NCBI RefSeq assembly: GCF_031377265.1
Contig: NZ_JANMET010000111.1
Location: 1-56,726, forward strand
DNA from: Tabrizicola sp.
Lineage (GTDB): Bacteria > Pseudomonadota > Alphaproteobacteria > Rhodobacterales > Rhodobacteraceae
DNA length: 56,726 nucleotides
Direction of reading: 5' to 3'
Part shown: one piece after another, positions 54,331 to 56,726 of the stretch
Position numbering within the stretch: the first letter of the stretch is position 1
Layout: the number at the start of each line of letters is the position of its first letter
Made by a program: the position numbers and the translations under genes
The notes under the pieces: model-generated
Database searches by the model: none
Told to the model about the DNA's origin: nothing
The model's input: the letters and a program-made list of their open reading frames with translations, nothing else

Positions 54331-55232
54331 GCCCGAACCAGGCCACGGCCCTAGCCCTGATGGCCGCGCTGGCCTGGGGCATCGGCAACGTCGCGCAGAA
54401 GACCATTCTGGAGCATCTGGACGGCTTTGCCGCGACCGGCATCACCGCGCTTGTCGGGGTGGTGGTGCTGCTGCCGCTGCTCCTGCGGGAAAGCTCGGCC
54501 GATCTGCCCCCGGTCAGGGGATCACTGCCACTCCTGCTGGCGATATCGCTTCTGTTCACCTTTGCCAGCACCGTCATGCAGTTCGGTTATGGGCTGACCA
54601 CGGTCACCAACGCAGGGTTCATGGTCAACACGGCCGCTGTCCTGACCCCGGTCCTGGCCTGGCTCTTCCTGTCGCAGCGACCGCATCTGGCGATCTGGCC
54701 CGCGAGCCTGTCGACGCTCCTGGGCATCTTCCTAATGGCCGGGGCAAGCTGGTCCGGCCTGACCCCGGGTGATCTTCTGGCACTGCTGTCGGCGCTGGGT
54801 TTTGCTGTCTGGACCCTGGCCGTCGGCGCCTATGTGATGCGCACCCGCCGACCGGTGCTGATGACGGTCGTGCAACTGGCGGTCAGCGGCGTTCTGTGCA
54901 TCGGTCTTGGCACAGCCTTCCACGGTCTGCCAGCGCCGCACGCCCTGTCCGCTGCCTTGCCCGAGATCCTGTTCATGGGGCTTGTCTCGAAGGGTCTGGC
55001 CTATGTCCTCATGGCGATCGCGCAGCAGCACATCTCGGCCACTTGCGTCGGCGTTCTGGTCAGCGCCGAGGCGGTCTTCGGCGCGGCGATCGCAGCGCTT
55101 GTTCTTGGTGAAACCATGGGCATGCTGCGCGGCATTGGCAGCATTTGCATCATTCTTGGCGTGATCATAGCGGCACGGATCCCAACACAGCTGCCAGAGA
55201 GCCGCCCTTCGGCCCGGGCCCTGCAACCCTGA
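54327..55232 (+). CDS. DMT-superfamily (EamA-like) transporter
   Basis: 301 aa, 10 TM segments and two EamA-like repeats. Its ATGA start overlaps the permease stop. Confidence 0.8.
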   Translation: MSPNQATALALMAALAWGIGNVAQKTILEHLDGFAATGITALVGVVVLLPLLLRESSADLPPVRGSLPLLLAISLLFTFASTVMQFGYGLTTVTNAGFMVNTAAVLTPVLAWLFLSQRPHLAIWPASLSTLLGIFLMAGASWSGLTPGDLLALLSALGFAVWTLAVGAYVMRTRRPVLMTVVQLAVSGVLCIGLGTAFHGLPAPHALSAALPEILFMGLVSKGLAYVLMAIAQQHISATCVGVLVSAEAVFGAAIAALVLGETMGMLRGIGSICIILGVIIAARIPTQLPESRPSARALQP

Positions 55233-55335
55233 GGGGAACTTTGCTGAAACAGCAGCGTGTTGACACATCCATTGTTGAAAGGTTTGCGGCCAATGTGCAA
55301 CGTTACGCTGGGGCAAGTTTCCAGGACGGGCGTAA

Positions 55336-56726
55336 ATGGCGCGGTTTCAAGTCGACCTTTTGGGAAGCTGCCGGGCCGTCCGGCTTTCCAATGGCCAGGA
55401 GGTCGCCTTTCGCACCCGCAAGACGAGATGCCTTCTGGGTCTCTTGCTGCTCAGTCCGAACTCTCGAATGAACCGCGAACAACTGGCCTCGCTTCTGTGG
55501 GATCCGGCGCCCGAAGAGCTTGCCCGCAGCAGCCTTCGGCAGGCCCTCAAGGAGCTGCGCGAGGTGCTGCACCCAGACGGCGACGTCCTTGACTCCGACC
55601 GCTTCACCGTCGGTCTGCGCGGCGCGGAGTTTTCGGTGGACGTGTTGCGCTTTTGCGAGTTGATCACCACTGCTGCCGGGGATCAGGCAGCGCTCCTTGC
55701 CGCCGCTGCCCTTTGGCAGGGCGAGCTGTTCGGCACCGCCCAACCCAGCGCCCCGGTCTTCGAGGCCTGGCTTCAGATCGAGCGCTCGCACCTGCGATCG
55801 ACACTGACCATGGCCTTGACCGATCATCTGGAACGACAGATCGCCGCCAGCGCCTTCACCGACACCGGTATCGCCGAGGAACTCGTGCGCGTCGAGCCGA
55901 GCCACGAGCTTGCCCACCAGTACCTGATGCGCTTTCATGCGCTGCGGGGCGACCAGTCGGCGGCCCTTCGCCAGTTCGCCCAACTGGAGCGGGCGCTGGC
56001 GGACGAGCTGGACAGCGAACCCAGCGAGGCATCGAACGACCTTCTGGTGGCCATCAAGAGCGGCGAGGTCTCGCTTCAGCGTTCGGCTGCGGCACCAATC
56101 CCGACTGTCCCTGCGATGTCACGCCTGGGCCCGCCCCGGATCACCATCCGTCCGCCACTGACCCGCTATCCCGACACCAGCAAGGACTACCTTGGTGAGG
56201 GTTTCGCGTATCTGGCAAAGGCCTGCCTGTCACGCTTTCGCTGCTGGATCGTCATTCCCTGGCCCGCGACCGGCTTTGACTCGGCCAGCGCGGTGGATTT
56301 CACCGCCATCGGCCGCGCCACCGACGCCGACTTCGCGGTGGACTGCGTGCTGGACTGGCGCACCGGGGGCGGCAAGTTGTTTGTCACGCTGATCGACTGC
56401 CGCGACGGCAGCGAAGTCTGGTCGCACCTTTTCCCGGTGGCCGAGCATGAATTGCAGGAAATCAGCTCATCCGTGGCCGGGGCCGTTGCTGCCAATCTGG
56501 CAAGCCAGGTCAACCACATCACCCTGTTGCGCCATGCCCGGAGCACGCCGGGGAACCCTGTTGCGTACGACCTTTGGCTGAAGGCGCACCAGCTTTCACG
56601 GCTTTGGTCGGCCGAGGCGGACTCGCAAGCTGAAGCGATGTTTCTGCGCGCAATCGAGCTGGACCCAGGACTTGCGGGCAGCCACGCAAGCCTTGCGCAG
56701 GTTCTATCAACCCGCAGCATGGTCCG
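55336..56726 (+). CDS. SARP/BTAD-type transcriptional regulator with a C-terminal extension (TPR-like); the 3' end lies off the window. It is NOT in the supplied ORF track.
   Basis: I translated it by hand from ATG 55336. The frame is open to the window end, at least 463 codons. It begins MARFQVDLLGSCRAVRLSNGQEVAFRTRKTRCLLGLLLLSPNSRMNREQLASLLWDP (OmpR-like wHTH). A BTAD block follows: FEAWLQIERSHLRS...ELAHQYLMRFHALRGDQSAALRQFAQLERALADELDSEPS. A later segment, AEAMFLRAIELDPGLAGSHASLAQV, is TPR-like. Confidence 0.8.
   Translation, partial: MARFQVDLLGSCRAVRLSNGQEVAFRTRKTRCLLGLLLLSPNSRMNREQLASLLWDPAPEELARSSLRQALKELREVLHPDGDVLDSDRFTVGLRGAEFSVDVLRFCELITTAAGDQAALLAAAALWQGELFGTAQPSAPVFEAWLQIERSHLRSTLTMALTDHLERQIAASAFTDTGIAEELVRVEPSHELAHQYLMRFHALRGDQSAALRQFAQLERALADELDSEPSEASNDLLVAIKSGEVSLQRSAAAPIPTVPAMSRLGPPRITIRPPLTRYPDTSKDYLGEGFAYLAKACLSRFRCWIVIPWPATGFDSASAVDFTAIGRATDADFAVDCVLDWRTGGGKLFVTLIDCRDGSEVWSHLFPVAEHELQEISSSVAGAVAANLASQVNHITLLRHARSTPGNPVAYDLWLKAHQLSRLWSAEADSQAEAMFLRAIELDPGLAGSHASLAQVLSTRSMV

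Larger units (their letters stand above)
49903..55232. mobile_element. candidate tRNA-Met-adjacent genomic islet (no intact integrase seen)
   Basis: A visibly AT-richer, poorly coding stretch follows the tRNA 3' end (about 49903..50950). It is followed by an accessory-type gene set (histidine decarboxylase, small secreted protein, APC permease, DMT). The right boundary is undefined. Confidence 0.3.

Noticed and set aside
55303-56720. Minus-strand ORFs 55303..55983 and 56187..56720
   Set aside because: They are antisense to the unlisted plus-strand SARP/BTAD regulator frame, which has recognisable domains. The listed ORFs have none.

Overview
High-GC alphaproteobacterial chromosome segment that looks Rhodobacteraceae-like. 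This guess rests on the ccoNOQP-ccoGHIS layout and an exact PpsR/CrtJ-type palindrome between hemE and hemC. About 50 genes are tightly packed.

Layout, left to right:
- 1-7.1 kb: complete cbb3 oxidase structural and maturation locus, ccoN (5' truncated), ccoO, ccoQ, ccoP, ccoG, ccoH, ccoI and ccoS. ccoS is 52 aa and absent from the ORF track.
- 7.2-27 kb: housekeeping genes. These include a PBP5-like carboxypeptidase with SPOR domain, clpS, hemF, hemE/hemC, several transporters, tesA-ybbA-ybbP-like genes and an FAD oxidase.
- 27.1-39.9 kb: the standout region, a compact cluster encoding only exported proteins. It holds two caspase-like C14 peptidases, three paralogous small secreted proteins with a PPC-type beta-sandwich and a conserved C-terminus, an HtrA-like protease with two PDZ domains, a trypsin-like S1A protease and a patatin-like lipoprotein phospholipase. 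An OmpR-type two-component system is embedded in the same operon. I cannot assign the cluster to any described system and rank it the top candidate for a novel module.
- 40-49.6 kb: argE, an FNT channel, a DUF1287 protein, the selenium genes selU and an FAD-oxidoreductase::SelD fusion, an rpoN paralog and a hydantoinase-family gene.
- 49.8 kb onward: tRNA-Met(CAU), then an AT-richer junction and a probable islet. The islet carries a PLP histidine decarboxylase, a small Cys-containing secreted protein, an APC permease and a DMT transporter.
- 55336 to the window end: a SARP/BTAD-type regulator whose ORF runs off the right edge and is therefore missing from the supplied ORF track.

Many long listed ORFs are antisense shadow frames typical of high-GC DNA and were rejected. 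No CRISPR array, rRNA gene or intact transposase was seen. All functional calls come from motif recognition by eye; no database searches were run.
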